From Balanoglossus misakiensis (lineage: Eukaryota > Animalia > Hemichordata), in assembly GCA_040954595.2 (NCBI GenBank), contig CM082590.2, positions 11,487,015 through 11,551,014 on the forward strand: DNA of 64,000 nt. Direction: 5' to 3'. The notes under the pieces were generated by a model that saw only the letters and a program-made list of their open reading frames with translations, was not told the origin of the DNA and did no database searches. Made by a program: the position numbers and the translations under genes. The number at the start of each line of letters is the position of its first letter. Position 1 is the first letter of the stretch. This document shows, in pieces, positions 28,701 to 43,700 of this stretch.

Positions 28701-31700
28701 ATCCACAACAACCACCTGTTGCATCGTGCTGTTCTGGCTTAAAGTTATCCAGAACTACGCCCTGTTTCACCATGCCGTTCTCCCATAGACTGATCCACAA
28801 CAACGTTTCATTTCACCGCGCCGTTCTGCCAAAGACTAATCCACAACAACCACCTGTTGCATCGTGCTGTTCTGGCTTAAAGTTATCCAGAACTACGCCC
28901 TGTTTCACCATGCCGTTCTGCCATAGACTGATCCACAACAACGTTCCGTTTCACCGCCTCGTTCTGGCAGAGACTGATCCACAACATCCACCTGTTGCAC
29001 TACGCTGTTCTGGCATAAAGTTATCCAGAACTACGCCCTGTTTCACCATGCCGTTCTGCCATAGACTGATCCACAACAACGTTCCGTTTCACCGCACCGT
29101 TCTGCCATAGACTGATCCACCACAACGTTCCGTTTCACCGCCTCGTTCTGACAGAGACTGATCCACAACATGCACCTGTTGCACCACGCTGTTCTGGCAT
29201 AAAGTTATCCAGAACTACGCCCTGTTTCACCATGCCGTTCTGCCATAGACTGATCCACAACAACGTTCCGTTTCACCGCGCCGTTCTGGCAGAGACTGAT
29301 CCACAACAACGGTCCGTTTCACCGTGCCGTTCTGCCAAAGACTGATCCACAACAACCACCTGTTGTACCGTGCTGTTCTGGCTTAAAGTTATCCAGAACT
29401 ACGCCCTGTTTCACCATGCCGTTCTGCCATAGACTGATCCACAACAACGTTCCGTTTCACCGCCTCGTTCTGGCAGAGACTGATCCACAACAACGGTCCG
29501 TTTCACCGTGCCGTTCTGCCAAAGACTGATCCACAACAACCACCTGTTGTACCGTGCTGTTCTGGCTTAAAGTTATCCAGAACTACGCCCTGTTTCACCA
29601 TGCCGTTCTGCCATAGACTGATCCACAACAACGTTCCGTTTCACCGCTTCGTTCTGGCAGAGACTGATCCACAACAATGTTCCGTTTCACCGCGCCGTTC
29701 TGCCAAAGACTGATCCACAACAACCACCTGTTGCACCGTGCTGTTCTGGCTTAAAGTTATCCACAAGTACGCCCTGTTTCACCGCGCCATTCTACCAGAA
29801 AGTTGACTACAACTACGCGCTGTTTCACCGCACCGTTCTGCCATAGACTGATCCACAACAACGTTCCGTTTCACCGCGCCGTTCAGCCAGAGACTGATCC
29901 ACAACAACCACCTGTTGCACCGTGCTTTTCTGGCTTAAAGTTATCCAGAACTACGCCCTGTTTCACCATGCCGTTCTGCCATAGACTGATCCACAACAAC
30001 GTTCCGTTTCACCGCACCGTTCTGCCAAAGACTGATCCACAACAACCACCTGTTGCATCGTGCTGTTCTGGCTTAAAGTTATCAAGAACTACGCCCTGTT
30101 TCACCATGCCGTTCTGCCATAGACTGATCCACAACAACGTTCCGTTTCACCGCCTCGTTCTGGCAGAGACTGATCTACAACAACCACCTGTTGCACCACG
30201 CTGTTCTGGCTTTAAGTTATCCAGAACTACGCCCTGTTTCACCATGCCGTTCTGCCATAGACTGATCCACAACAACCACCTGTTGCATCGTGCTGTTCTG
30301 GCTTAAAGTTATCAAGAACTACGCCCTGTTTCACCATGCCGTTCTGCCAGAGACTGGCCACAACAACGTTCCGTTTCACCGCCTCGTTCTGGCAGAGACT
30401 GATCTACAACAACCACCTGTTGCACCGTGCTGTTCTGGCTTAAAGTTATCAAGAACTACGCCCTGTTTCACCATGCCGTTCTGCCATAGACTGATCCACA
30501 ACAACCACCTGTTGCATCGTGCTGTTCTGGCTTAAAGTTATCAAGAACTACGCCCTGTTTCACCATGCCGTTCTGCCAGAGACTGGCCACAACAACGTTC
30601 CGTTTCACCGCCTCGTTCTGGCAGAGACTGATCTACAACAACCACCTGTTGCACCACGCTGTTCTGGCTTTAAGTTATCCAGAACTACGCCCTGTTTCAC
30701 CATGCCGTTCTGCCATAGACTGATCCACAACAACCACCTGTTGCATCGTGCTGTTCTGGCTTAAAGTTATCAAGAACTACGCCCTGTTTCACCATGCCGT
30801 TCTGCCAGAGACTGGCCACAACAACGTTCCGTTTCACCGCCTCGTTCTGGCAGAGACTGATCTACAACAACCACCTGTTGCACCACGCTGTTCTGGCTTT
30901 AAGTTATCCAGAATAGCCCTGTTTCACCATGCCGTTCTGCCATAGACTGATCCACAACAACCACCTGTTGCATCGTGCTGTTCTGGCTTAAAGTTATCAA
31001 GAACTACGCCCTGTTTCACCATGCCGTTCTGCCAGAGACTGGCCACAACAACGTTCCGTTTCACCGCCTCGTTCTGGCAGGGACTGATCCACAACAACCA
31101 CCTGTTGCACCGTGCTGTTCTGGCTTAAAGTTATCCAGAACTACGCCCTGTTTCACCATGCCGTTCTGCCATAGACTGATCCACAACAACGTTCCGTTTC
31201 ACCGCACCGTTCTGCCAAAGACTGATCCACAACAACCACCTGTTGCACCGTGCTGTTCTGGCTTAAAGTTATCCAGAACTACGCCCTGTTTCACCATGCC
31301 GTTCTGCCATAGACTGATCCACAACAACGTTCTGTTTCACCGCCTCATTCTGGCAGAGACTGATCCACAACAACCACCTGTTGCATCGTGCTGTTCTGGC
31401 TTAAAGTTATCCAGAACTACGCCCTGTTTCACCATGCCGTTCTGCCATAGACTGATCCACAACAACGTTCCGTTTCACCGCCTCGTTCTGGCAGAGACTG
31501 ATCCACAACAACCACCTGTTGCACCGTGCTGTTCTGGCTTAAAGTTATCCACAACTACGCCCTGTTTCACCATGCCGTTCTGCCATAGACTGATCCACAA
31601 CAACGTTCCGTTTCACCGCCTCGTTCTGGCAGAGACTGATCCACAACAACCACCTGTTGCATCGTGCTGTTCTGGCTTAAAGTTATCCAGAACTACACCC

Positions 31701-34700
31701 TGTTTCACCATGCCGTTCTGCCAGAGACTGGCCACAACAACGTTCTGTTTCACCGCCTCGTTCTGGCAGAGACTGATCCACAACAACCACCTGTTGCACC
31801 GTGCTGTTCTGGCTTAAAGTTATCCAGAACTACACCCTGTTTCACCATGCCGTTCTGCCAGAGACTGGCCACAACAACGTTCTGTTTCACCGCCTCGTTC
31901 TGGCAGAGACTGATCCACAACAACCACCTGTTGCACCGTGCTGTTCTGGCTTAAAGTTATCCAGAACTACACCCTGTTTCACCATGCCGTTCTGCCATAG
32001 ACTGATCCACAACAACGTTCCGTTTCACCGCGCCGTTCTGGCAGAGACTGATCCACAACAACCACCTGTTGCATCGTGCTGTTCTGGCTTAAAGTTATCC
32101 AGAACTACGCCCTGTTTCACCATGCCGTTCTGCCATAGACTGATCCACAACAACGTTCCGTTTCACCGCGCCGTTCTGCCAAAGACTAATCCACAACAAC
32201 CACCTGTTGCATCGTGCTGTTCTGGCTTAAAGTTATCCAGAACTACGCCCTGTTTCACCATGCCGTTCTGCCATAGACTGATCCACAACAACGTTCCGTT
32301 TCACCGCGCCGTTCTGGCAGAGACTGATCCACAACAACCACCTGTTGCATCGTGCTGTTCTGGCTTAAAGTTATCCAGAACTACGCCCTGTTTCACCGCA
32401 CCGTTCTGCCATAGACTGATCCACAACAACGTTCCGTTTCACCGCGCCGTTCTGGCAGAGACTGATCCACAACAACCACCTGTTGCATCGTGCTGTTCTG
32501 GCTTAAAGTTATCCAGAACTACGCCCTGTTTCACCATGCCGTTCTCCCATAGACTGATCCACAACAACGTTTCATTTCACCGCGCCGTTCTGCCAAAGAC
32601 TAATCCACAACAACCACCTGTTGCATCGTGCTGTTCTGGCTTAAAGTTATCCAGAACTACGCCCTGTTTCACCATGCCGTTCTGCCATAGACTGATCCAC
32701 AACAACGTTCCGTTTCACCGCCTCGTTCTGGCAGAGACTGATCCACAACATCCACCTGTTGCACTACGCTGTTCTGGCATAAAGTTATCCAGAACTACGC
32801 CCTGTTTCACCATGCCGTTCTGCCATAGACTGATCCACAACAACGTTCCGTTTCACCGCACCGTTCTGCCATAGACTGATCCACCACAACGTTCCGTTTC
32901 ACCGCCTCGTTCTGACAGAGACTGATCCACAACATGCACCTGTTGCACCACGCTGTTCTGGCATAAAGTTATCCAGAACTACGCCCTGTTTCACCATGCC
33001 GTTCTGCCATAGACTGATCCACAACAACGTTCCGTTTCACCGCGCCGTTCTGGCAGAGACTGATCCACAACAACGGTCCGTTTCACCGTGCCGTTCTGCC
33101 AAAGACTGATCCACAACAACCACCTGTTGTACCGTGCTGTTCTGGCTTAAAGTTATCCAGAACTACGCCCTGTTTCACCATGCCGTTCTGCCATAGACTG
33201 ATCCACAACAACGTTCCGTTTCACCGCCTCGTTCTGGCAGAGACTGATCCACAACAACGGTCCGTTTCACCGTGCCGTTCTGCCAAAGACTGATCCACAA
33301 CAACCACCTGTTGTACCGTGCTGTTCTGGCTTAAAGTTATCCAGAACTACGCCCTGTTTCACCATGCCGTTCTGCCATAGACTGATCCACAACAACGTTC
33401 CGTTTCACCGCTTCGTTCTGGCAGAGACTGATCCACAACAATGTTCCGTTTCACCGCGCCGTTCTGCCAAAGACTGATCCACAACAACCACCTGTTGCAC
33501 CGTGCTGTTCTGGCTTAAAGTTATCCACAAGTACGCCCTGTTTCACCGCGCCATTCTACCAGAAAGTTGACTACAACTACGCGCTGTTTCACCGCACCGT
33601 TCTGCCATAGACTGATCCACAACAACGTTCCGTTTCACCGCGCCGTTCAGCCAGAGACTGATCCACAACAACCACCTGTTGCACCGTGCTTTTCTGGCTT
33701 AAAGTTATCCAGAACTACACCCTGTTTCACCATGCCGTTCTGCCATAGACTGATCCACAACAACGTTCCGTTTCACCGCGCCGTTCTGGCAGAGACTGAT
33801 CCACAACAACCACCTGTTGCATCGTGCTGTTCTGGCTTAAAGTTATCCAGAACTACGCCCTGTTTCACCATGCCGTTCTGCCATAGACTGATCCACAACA
33901 ACGTTCCGTTTCACCGCGCCGTTCTGCCAAAGACTAATCCACAACAACCACCTGTTGCATCGTGCTGTTCTGGCTTAAAGTTATCCAGAACTACGCCCTG
34001 TTTCACCATGCCGTTCTGCCATAGACTGATCCACAACAACGTTCCGTTTCACCGCGCCGTTCTGGCAGAGACTGATCCACAACAACCACCTGTTGCATCG
34101 TGCTGTTCTGGCTTAAAGTTATCCAGAACTACGCCCTGTTTCACCGCACCGTTCTGCCATAGACTGATCCACAACAACGTTCCGTTTCACCGCGCCGTTC
34201 TGGCAGAGACTGATCCACAACAACCACCTGTTGCATCGTGCTGTTCTGGCTTAAAGTTATCCAGAACTACGCCCTGTTTCACCATGCCGTTCTCCCATAG
34301 ACTGATCCACAACAACGTTTCATTTCACCGCGCCGTTCTGCCAAAGACTAATCCACAACAACCACCTGTTGCATCGTGCTGTTCTGGCTTAAAGTTATCC
34401 AGAACTACGCCCTGTTTCACCATGCCGTTCTGCCATAGACTGATCCACAACAACGTTCCGTTTCACCGCCTCGTTCTGGCAGAGACTGATCCACAACATC
34501 CACCTGTTGCACTACGCTGTTCTGGCATAAAGTTATCCAGAACTACGCCCTGTTTCACCATGCCGTTCTGCCATAGACTGATCCACAACAACGTTCCGTT
34601 TCACCGCACCGTTCTGCCATAGACTGATCCACCACAACGTTCCGTTTCACCGCCTCGTTCTGACAGAGACTGATCCACAACATGCACCTGTTGCACCACG

Positions 34701-37700
34701 CTGTTCTGGCATAAAGTTATCCAGAACTACGCCCTGTTTCACCATGCCGTTCTGCCATAGACTGATCCACAACAACGTTCCGTTTCACCGCGCCGTTCTG
34801 GCAGAGACTGATCCACAACAACGGTCCGTTTCACCGTGCCGTTCTGCCAAAGACTGATCCACAACAACCACCTGTTGTACCGTGCTGTTCTGGCTTAAAG
34901 TTATCCAGAACTACGCCCTGTTTCACCATGCCGTTCTGCCATAGACTGATCCACAACAACGTTCCGTTTCACCGCCTCGTTCTGGCAGAGACTGATCCAC
35001 AACAACGGTCCGTTTCACCGTGCCGTTCTGCCAAAGACTGATCCACAACAACCACCTGTTGTACCGTGCTGTTCTGGCTTAAAGTTATCCAGAACTACGC
35101 CCTGTTTCACCATGCCGTTCTGCCATAGACTGATCCACAACAACGTTCCGTTTCACCGCTTCGTTCTGGCAGAGACTGATCCACAACAATGTTCCGTTTC
35201 ACCGCGCCGTTCTGCCAAAGACTGATCCACAACAACCACCTGTTGCACCGTGCTGTTCTGGCTTAAAGTTATCCACAAGTACGCCCTGTTTCACCGCGCC
35301 ATTCTACCAGAAAGTTGACTACAACTACGCGCTGTTTCACCGCACCGTTCTGCCATAGACTGATCCACAACAACGTTCCGTTTCACCGCGCCGTTCAGCC
35401 AGAGACTGATCCACAACAACCACCTGTTGCACCGTGCTTTTCTGGCTTAAAGTTATCCAGAACTACGCCCTGTTTCACCATGCCGTTCTGCCATAGACTG
35501 ATCCACAACAACGTTCCGTTTCACCGCACCGTTCTGCCAAAGACTGATCCACAACAACCACCTGTTGCATCGTGCTGTTCTGGCTTAAAGTTATCAAGAA
35601 CTACGCCCTGTTTCACCATGCCGTTCTGCCATAGACTGATCCACAACAACGTTCCGTTTCACCGCCTCGTTCTGGCAGAGACTGATCTACAACAACCACC
35701 TGTTGCACCACGCTGTTCTGGCTTTAAGTTATCCAGAACTACGCCCTGTTTCACCATGCCGTTCTGCCATAGACTGATCCACAACAACCACCTGTTGCAT
35801 CGTGCTGTTCTGGCTTAAAGTTATCAAGAACTACGCCCTGTTTCACCATGCCGTTCTGCCAGAGACTGGCCACAACAACGTTCCGTTTCACCGCCTCGTT
35901 CTGGCAGAGACTGATCTACAACAACCACCTGTTGCACCACGCTGTTCTGGCTTTAAGTTATCCAGAACTACGCCCTGTTTCACCATGCCGTTCTGCCATA
36001 GACTGATCCACAACAACCACCTGTTGCATCGTGCTGTTCTGGCTTAAAGTTATCAAGAACTACGCCCTGTTTCACCATGCCGTTCTGCCAGAGACTGGCC
36101 ACAACAACGTTCCGTTTCACCGCCTCGTTCTGGCAGAGACTGATCTACAACAACCACCTGTTGCACCGTGCTGTTCTGGCTTAAAGTTATCCAGAACTAC
36201 GCCCTGTTTCACCATGCCGTTCTGCCATAGACTGATCCACAACAACCACCTGTTGCATCGTGCTGTTCTGGCTTAAAGTTATCAAGAACTACGCCCTGTT
36301 TCACCATGCCGTTCTGCCATAGACTGATCCACAACAACGTTCCGTTTCACCGCCTCGTTCTGGCAGAGACTGATCTACAACAACCACCTGTTGCACCACG
36401 CTGTTCTGGCTTTAAGTTATCCAGAACTACGCCCTGTTTCACCATGCCGTTCTGCCAGAGACTGGCCACAACAACGTTCCGTTTCACCGCCTCGTTCTGG
36501 CAGAGACTGATCTACAACAACCACCTGTTGCACCGTGCTGTTCTGGCTTTAAGTTATCCAGAACTACGCCCTGTTTCACCATGCCGTTCTGCCATAGACT
36601 GATCCACAACAACCACCTGTTGCATCGTGCTGTTCTGGCTTAAAGTTATCAAGAACTACGCCCTGTTTCACCATGCCGTTCTGCCAGAGACTGGCCACAA
36701 CAACGTTCCGTTTCACCGCCTCGTTCTGGCAGAGACTGATCTACAACAACCACCTGTTGCACCGTGCTGTTCTGGCTTTAAGTTATCCAGAACTACGCCC
36801 TGTTTCACCATGCCGTTCTGCCATAGACTGATCCACAACAACCACCTGTTGCATCGTGCTGTTCTGGCTTAAAGTTATCAAGAACTACGCCCTGTTTCAC
36901 CATGCCGTTCTGCCATAGACTGATCCACAACAACGTTCCGTTTCACCGCCTCGTTCTGGCAGAGACTGATCTACAACAACCACCTGTTGCACCACGCTGT
37001 TCTGGCTTTAAGTTATCCAGAACTACGCCCTGTTTCACCATGCCGTTCTGCCATAGACTGATCCACAACAACCACCTGTTGCATCGTGCTGTTCTGGCTT
37101 AAAGTTATCAAGAACTACGCCCTGTTTCACCATGCCGTTCTGCCAGAGACTGGCCACAACAACGTTCCGTTTCACCGCCTCGTTCTGGCAGAGACTGATC
37201 TACAACAACCACCTGTTGCACCACGCTGTTCTGGCTTTAAGTTATCCAGAATAGCCCTGTTTCACCATGCCGTTCTGCCATAGACTGATCCACAACAACC
37301 ACCTGTTGCATCGTGCTGTTCTGGCTTAAAGTTATCAAGAACTACGCCCTGTTTCACCATGCCGTTCTGCCAGAGACTGGCCACAACAACGTTCCGTTTC
37401 ACCGCCTCGTTCTGGCAGGGACTGATCCACAACAACCACCTGTTGCACCGTGCTGTTCTGGCTTAAAGTTATCCAGAACTACGCCCTGTTTCACCATGCC
37501 GTTCTGCCATAGACTGATCCACAACAACGTTCCGTTTCACCGCACCGTTCTGCCAAAGACTGATCCACAACAACCACCTGTTGCACCGTGCTGTTCTGGC
37601 TTAAAGTTATCCAGAACTACGCCCTGTTTCACCATGCCGCTCTGCCATAGACTGATCCACAACAACGTTCCGTTTCACCGCACCGTTCTGCCAAAGACTG

Positions 37701-40700
37701 ATCCACAACAACCACCTGTTGCACCGTGCTGTTCTGGCTTAAAGTTATCCAGAACTACGCCCTGTTTCACCATGCCGTTCTGCCATAGACTGATCCACAA
37801 CAACGTTCCGTTTCACCGCCTCGTTCTGGCAGAGACTGATGCACAACAATGTTCCGTTTCACCGCCTCGTTCTGGCAGGGACTGATCCACAACAACATGC
37901 ACCTGTTGCACCGTGCTGTTCTGGCTTAAAGTTATCAAGAACTACGCCCTGTTTCACCATGCCGTTCTGCCAGAGACTGGCCACAACAACGTTCCGTTTC
38001 ACCGCCTCGTTCTGGCAGAGACTGATGCACAACAATGTTCCGTTTCACCGCCTCGTTCTGGCAGGGACTGATCCACAACAACCACCTGTTGCACCGTGCT
38101 GTTCTGGCTTAAAGTTATCCAGAACTACGCCCTGTTTCACCATGCCGTTCTGCCATAGACTGATCCACAACAACGTTCCGTTTCACCGCACCGTTCTGCC
38201 AAAGACTGATCCACAACAACCACCTGTTGCACCGTGCTGTTCTGGCTTAAAGTTATCCAGAACTACGCCCTGTTTCACCATGCCGCTCTGCCATAGACTG
38301 ATCCACAACAACGTTCCGTTTCACCGCACCGTTCTGCCAAAGACTGATCCACAACAACCACCTGTTGCACCGTGCTGTTCTGGCTTAAAGTTATCCAGAA
38401 CTACGCCCTGTTTCACCATGCCGTTCTGCCATAGACTGATCCACAACAACGTTCCGTTTCACCGCACCGTTCTGCCAAAGACTGATCCACAACAACCACC
38501 TGTTGCACCGTGCTGTTCTGGCTTAAAGTTATCCAGAACTACGCCCTGTTTCACCATGCCGTTCTGCCATAGACTGATCCACAACAACGTTCCGTTTCAC
38601 CGCCTCGTTCTGGCAGAGACTGATCCACAACAACCACCTGTTGCACCGTGCTGTTCTGGCTTAAAGTTATCCAGAACTACGCCCTGTTTCACCATGCCGT
38701 TCTGCCATAGACTGATCCACAACAACGTTCCGTTTCACCGCGCCGTTCTGCCATAGACTGATCCACAACAACCACCTGTTGCACCGTGCTGTTCTGGCTT
38801 AAAGTTATCAAGAACTACGCCCTGTTTCACCATGCCGTTCTGCCATAGACTGATCCACAACAACGTTCCGTTTCACCGCCTCGTTCTGGCAGAGACTGAT
38901 CCACAACAACCACCTGTTGCACCGTGCTGTTCTGGCTTAAAGTTATCCAGAACTACGCCCTGTTTCACCATGCCGTTCTGCCATAGACTGATCCACAACA
39001 ACGTTCCGTTTCACCGCCTCGTTCTGGCAGAGACTGATGCACAATAATGTTCCGTTTCACCGCCTCGTTCTGCCAAAGACTGATCCACAACAACCACCTG
39101 TTGCACCGTGCTGTTCTGGCTTAAAGTTATCCAGAACTACGCCCTGTTTCACCATGCCGTTCTGCCATAGACTGATCCACAACAACGTTCCGTTTCACCG
39201 CACCGTTCTGCCAAAGACTGATCCACAACAACCACCTGTTGCACCGTGCTGTTCTGGCTTAAAGTTATCCAGAACTACGCCCTGTTTCACCATGCCGTTC
39301 TGCCATAGACTGATCCACAACAACGTTCCGTTTCACCGCACCGTTCTGCCAAAGACTGATCCACAACAACCACCTGTTGCACCGTGCTGTTCTGGCTTAA
39401 AGTTATCCAGAACTACGCCCTGTTTCACCATGCCGTTCTGCCATAGACTGATCCACAACAACGTTCCGTTTCACCGCGCCGTTCTGCCATAGACTGATCC
39501 ACAACAACCACCTGTTGCACCGTGCTGTTCTGGCTTAAAGTTATCAAGAACTACGCCCTGTTTCACCATGCCGTTCTGCCATAGACTGATCCACAACAAC
39601 GTTCCGTTTCACCGCCTCGTTCTGGCAGAGACTGATCCACAACAACCACCTGTTGCACCGTGCTGTTCTGGCTTAAAGTTATCCAGAACTACGCCCTGTT
39701 TCACCATGCCGTTCTGCCATAGACTGATCCACAACAACGTTCCGTTTCACCGCCTCGTTCTGGCAGAGACTGATCCACAACAACCACCTGTTGCACCGTG
39801 CTGTTCTGGCTTAAAGTTATCAAGAACTACGCCCTGTTTCACCATGCCGTTCTGCCATAGACTGATCCACAACAACGTTCCGTTTCACCGCCTCGTTCTG
39901 GCAGAGACTGATCCACAACATGCACCTGTTGCACCACGCTGTTCTGGCTTAAAGTTATCAAGAACTACGCCCTGTTTCACCATGCCGTTCTGCCATAGAC
40001 TGATCCACAACAACGTTCCGTTTCACCGCCTCGTTCTGGCAGAGACTGATCCACAACAACCACCTGTTGCACCGTGCTGTTCTGGCTTAAAGTTATCCAG
40101 AACTACGCCCTGTTTCACCATGCCGTTCTGCCATAGACTGATCCACAACAACGTTCCGTTTCACCGCCTCGTTCTGGCAGAGACTGATGCACAACAATGT
40201 TCCGTTTCACCGCCTCATTCTGGCAGAGACTGATCCACAACAACCACCTGTTGCACCGTGCTGTTCTGGCTTAAAGTTATCAAGAACTACGCCCTGTTTC
40301 ACCATGCCGTTCTGCCATAGACTGATCCACAACAACGTTCCGTTTCACCGCCTCGTTCTGGCAGAGACTGATCCACAACAACCACCTGTTGCACCGTGCT
40401 GTTCTGGCTTAAAGTTATCAAGAACTACGCCCTGTTTCACCATGCCGTTCTGCCATAGACTGATCCACAACAACGTTCCGTTTCACCGCGCCGTTCTGCC
40501 ATAGACTGATCCACAACAACCACCTGTTGCATCGTGCTGTTCTGGCTTAAAGTTATCCAGAACTACGCCCTGTTTCACCATGCCGTTCTGCCATAGACTG
40601 ATCCACAACAACGTTCCGTTTCACCGCCTCGTTCTGGCAGAGACTGATCTACAACAACCACCTGTTGCACCGTGCTGTTCTGGCTTAAAGTTATCAAGAA

Positions 40701-43700
40701 CTACGCCCTGTTTCACCATGCCGTTCTGCCATAGACTGATCCACAACAACGTTCCGTTTCACCGCCTCGTTCTGGCAGAGACTGATCCACAACAACCACC
40801 TGTTGCACCGTGCTGTTTTGGCTTAAAGTTATCCAGAACTACGCCCTGTTTCACCATGCCGTTCTGCCATAGACTGATCCACAACAACGTTCCGTTTCAC
40901 CGCACCGTTCTGCCAAAGACTGATCCACAACAACCACCTGTTGCATCGTGCTGTTCTGGCTTAAAGTTATCAAGAACTACGCCCTGTTTCACCATGCCGT
41001 TCTGCCATAGACTGATCCACAACAACGTTCCGTTTCACCGCGCCGTTCTGCCAAAGACTAATCCACAACAACCACCTGTTGCACCGTGCTGTTCTGGCTT
41101 AAAGTTATCCAGAACTACGCCCTGTTTCACCATGCCGTTCTGCCATAGACTGATCCACAACAACGTTCCGTTTCACCGCCTCGTTCTGGCAGAGACTGAT
41201 CCACAACAACCACCTGTTGCACCGTGCTGTTTTGGCTTAAAGTTATCCAGAACTACGCCCTGTTTCACCATGCCGTTCTGCCATAGACTGATCCACAACA
41301 ACGTTCCGTTTCACCGCACCGTTCTGCCAAAGACTGATCCACAACAACCACCTGTTGCATCGTGCTGTTCTGGCTTAAAGTTATCAAGAACTACGCCCTG
41401 TTTCACCATGCCGTTCTGCCATAGACTGATCCACAACAACGTTCCGTTTCACCGCGCCGTTCTGCCAAAGACTAATCCACAACAACCACCTGTTGCACCG
41501 TGCTGTTCTGGCTTAAAGTTATCAAGAACTACGCCCTGTTTCACCATGCCGTTCTGCCATAGACTGATCCACAACAACGTTCCGTTTCACCGCGCCGTTC
41601 TGCCAAAGACTAATCTGAAACAACCACCTGTTGCACCGTGCTGTTCTGGCTTAAAGTTATCCAGAACTACGCCCTGTTTCACCATGCCGTTCTGCCATAG
41701 ACTGATCCACAACAACGTTCCGTTTCACCGCCTCGTTCTGGCAGAGACTGATCCACAACAACCACCTGTTGCACCGTGCTGTTCTGGCTTAAAGTTATCA
41801 AGAACTACGCCCTGTTTCACCATGCCGTTCTGCCATAGACTGATCCACAACAACGTTCCGTTTCACCGCCTCGTTCTGGCAGAGACTGATCCACAACAAC
41901 CACCTGTTGCACCGTGCTGTTCTGGCTTAAAGTTATCAAGAACTACGCCCTGTTTCACCATGCCGTTCTGCCATAGACTGATCCACAACAACGTTCCGTT
42001 TCACCGCCTCGTTCTGGCAGAGACTGATCCACAACAACCACCTGTTGCACCGTGCTGTTCTGGCTTAAAGTTATCAAGAACTACGCCCTGTTTCACCATG
42101 CCGTTCTGCCATAGACTGATCCACAACAACGTTCCGTTTCACCGCCTCGTTCTGGCAGAGACTGATCCACAACAACCACCTGTTGCACCGTGCTGTTCTG
42201 GCTTAAAGTTATCAAGAACTACGCCCTGTTTCACCATGCCGTTCTGCCATAGACTGATCCACAACAACGTTCCGTTTCACCGCCTCGTTCTGGCAGAGAC
42301 TGATCCACAACAACCACCTGTTGCACCGTGCTGTTCTGGCTTAAAGTTATCAAGAACTACGCCCTGTTTCACCATGCCGTTCTGCCATAGACTGATCCAC
42401 AACAACGTTCCGTTTCACCGCGCCGTTCTGCCAAAGACTAATCCACAACAACCACCTGTTGCACCGTGCTGTTCTGGCTTAAAGTTATCAAGAACTACGC
42501 CCTGTTTCACCATGCCGTTCTGCCATAGACTGATCCACAACAACGTTCCGTTTCACCGCGCCGTTCTGCCAAAGACTAATCCACAACAACCACCTGTTGC
42601 ACCGTGCTGTTCTGGCTTAAAGTTATCCAGAACTACGCCCTGTTTCACCATGCCGTTCTGCCATAGACTGATCCACAACAACGTTCCGTTTCACCGCGCC
42701 GTTCTGGCAGAGACTGATCCACAACAACCACCTGTTGCATCGTGCTGTTCTGGCTTAAAGTTATCCAGAACTACGCCCTGTTTCACCATGCCGTTCTGCC
42801 ATAGACTGATCCACAACAACGTTCCGTTTCACCGCGCCGTTCTGCCAAAGACTAATCCACAACAACCACCTGTTGCATCGTGCTGTTCTGGCTTAAAGTT
42901 ATCCAGAACTACGCCCTGTTTCACCATGCCGTTCTGCCATAGACTGATCCACAACAACGTTCCGTTTCACCGCGCCGTTCTGGCAGAGACTGATCCACAA
43001 CAACCACCTGTTGCATCGTGCTGTTCTGGCTTAAAGTTATCCAGAACTACGCCCTGTTTCACCATGCCGTTCTGCCATAGACTGATCCACAACAACGTTT
43101 CATTTCACCGCGCCGTTCTGCCAAAGACTAATCCACAACAACCACCTGTTGCATCGTGCTGTTCTGGCTTAAAGTTATCCAGAACTACGCCCTGTTTCAC
43201 CATGCCGTTCTGCCATAGACTGATCCACAACAACGTTCCGTTTCACCGCCTCGTTCTGGCAGAGACTGATCCACAACATCCACCTGTTGCACCACGCTGT
43301 TCTGGCATAAAGTTATCCAGAACTACGCCCTGTTTCACCATGCCGTTCTGCCATAGACTGATCCACAACAACGTTCCGTTTCACCGCACCCTTCTGCCAT
43401 AGACTGATCCACAACAATGTTCCGTTTCACCGCGCCGTTCTGCCAAAGACTGATCCACAACAACCACCTGTTGCACCGTGCTGTTCTGGCTTAAAGTTAT
43501 CCACAAGTACGCCCTGTTTCACCGCGCCATTCTACCAGAAAGTTGACTACAACTACGCGCTGTTTCACCGCACCGTTCTGCCATAGACTGATCCACAACA
43601 ACGTTCCGTTTCACCGCGCCGTTCAGCCAGAGACTGATCCACAACAACCACCTGTTGCACCGTGCTTTTCTGGCTTAAAGTTATCCAGAACTACGCCCTG

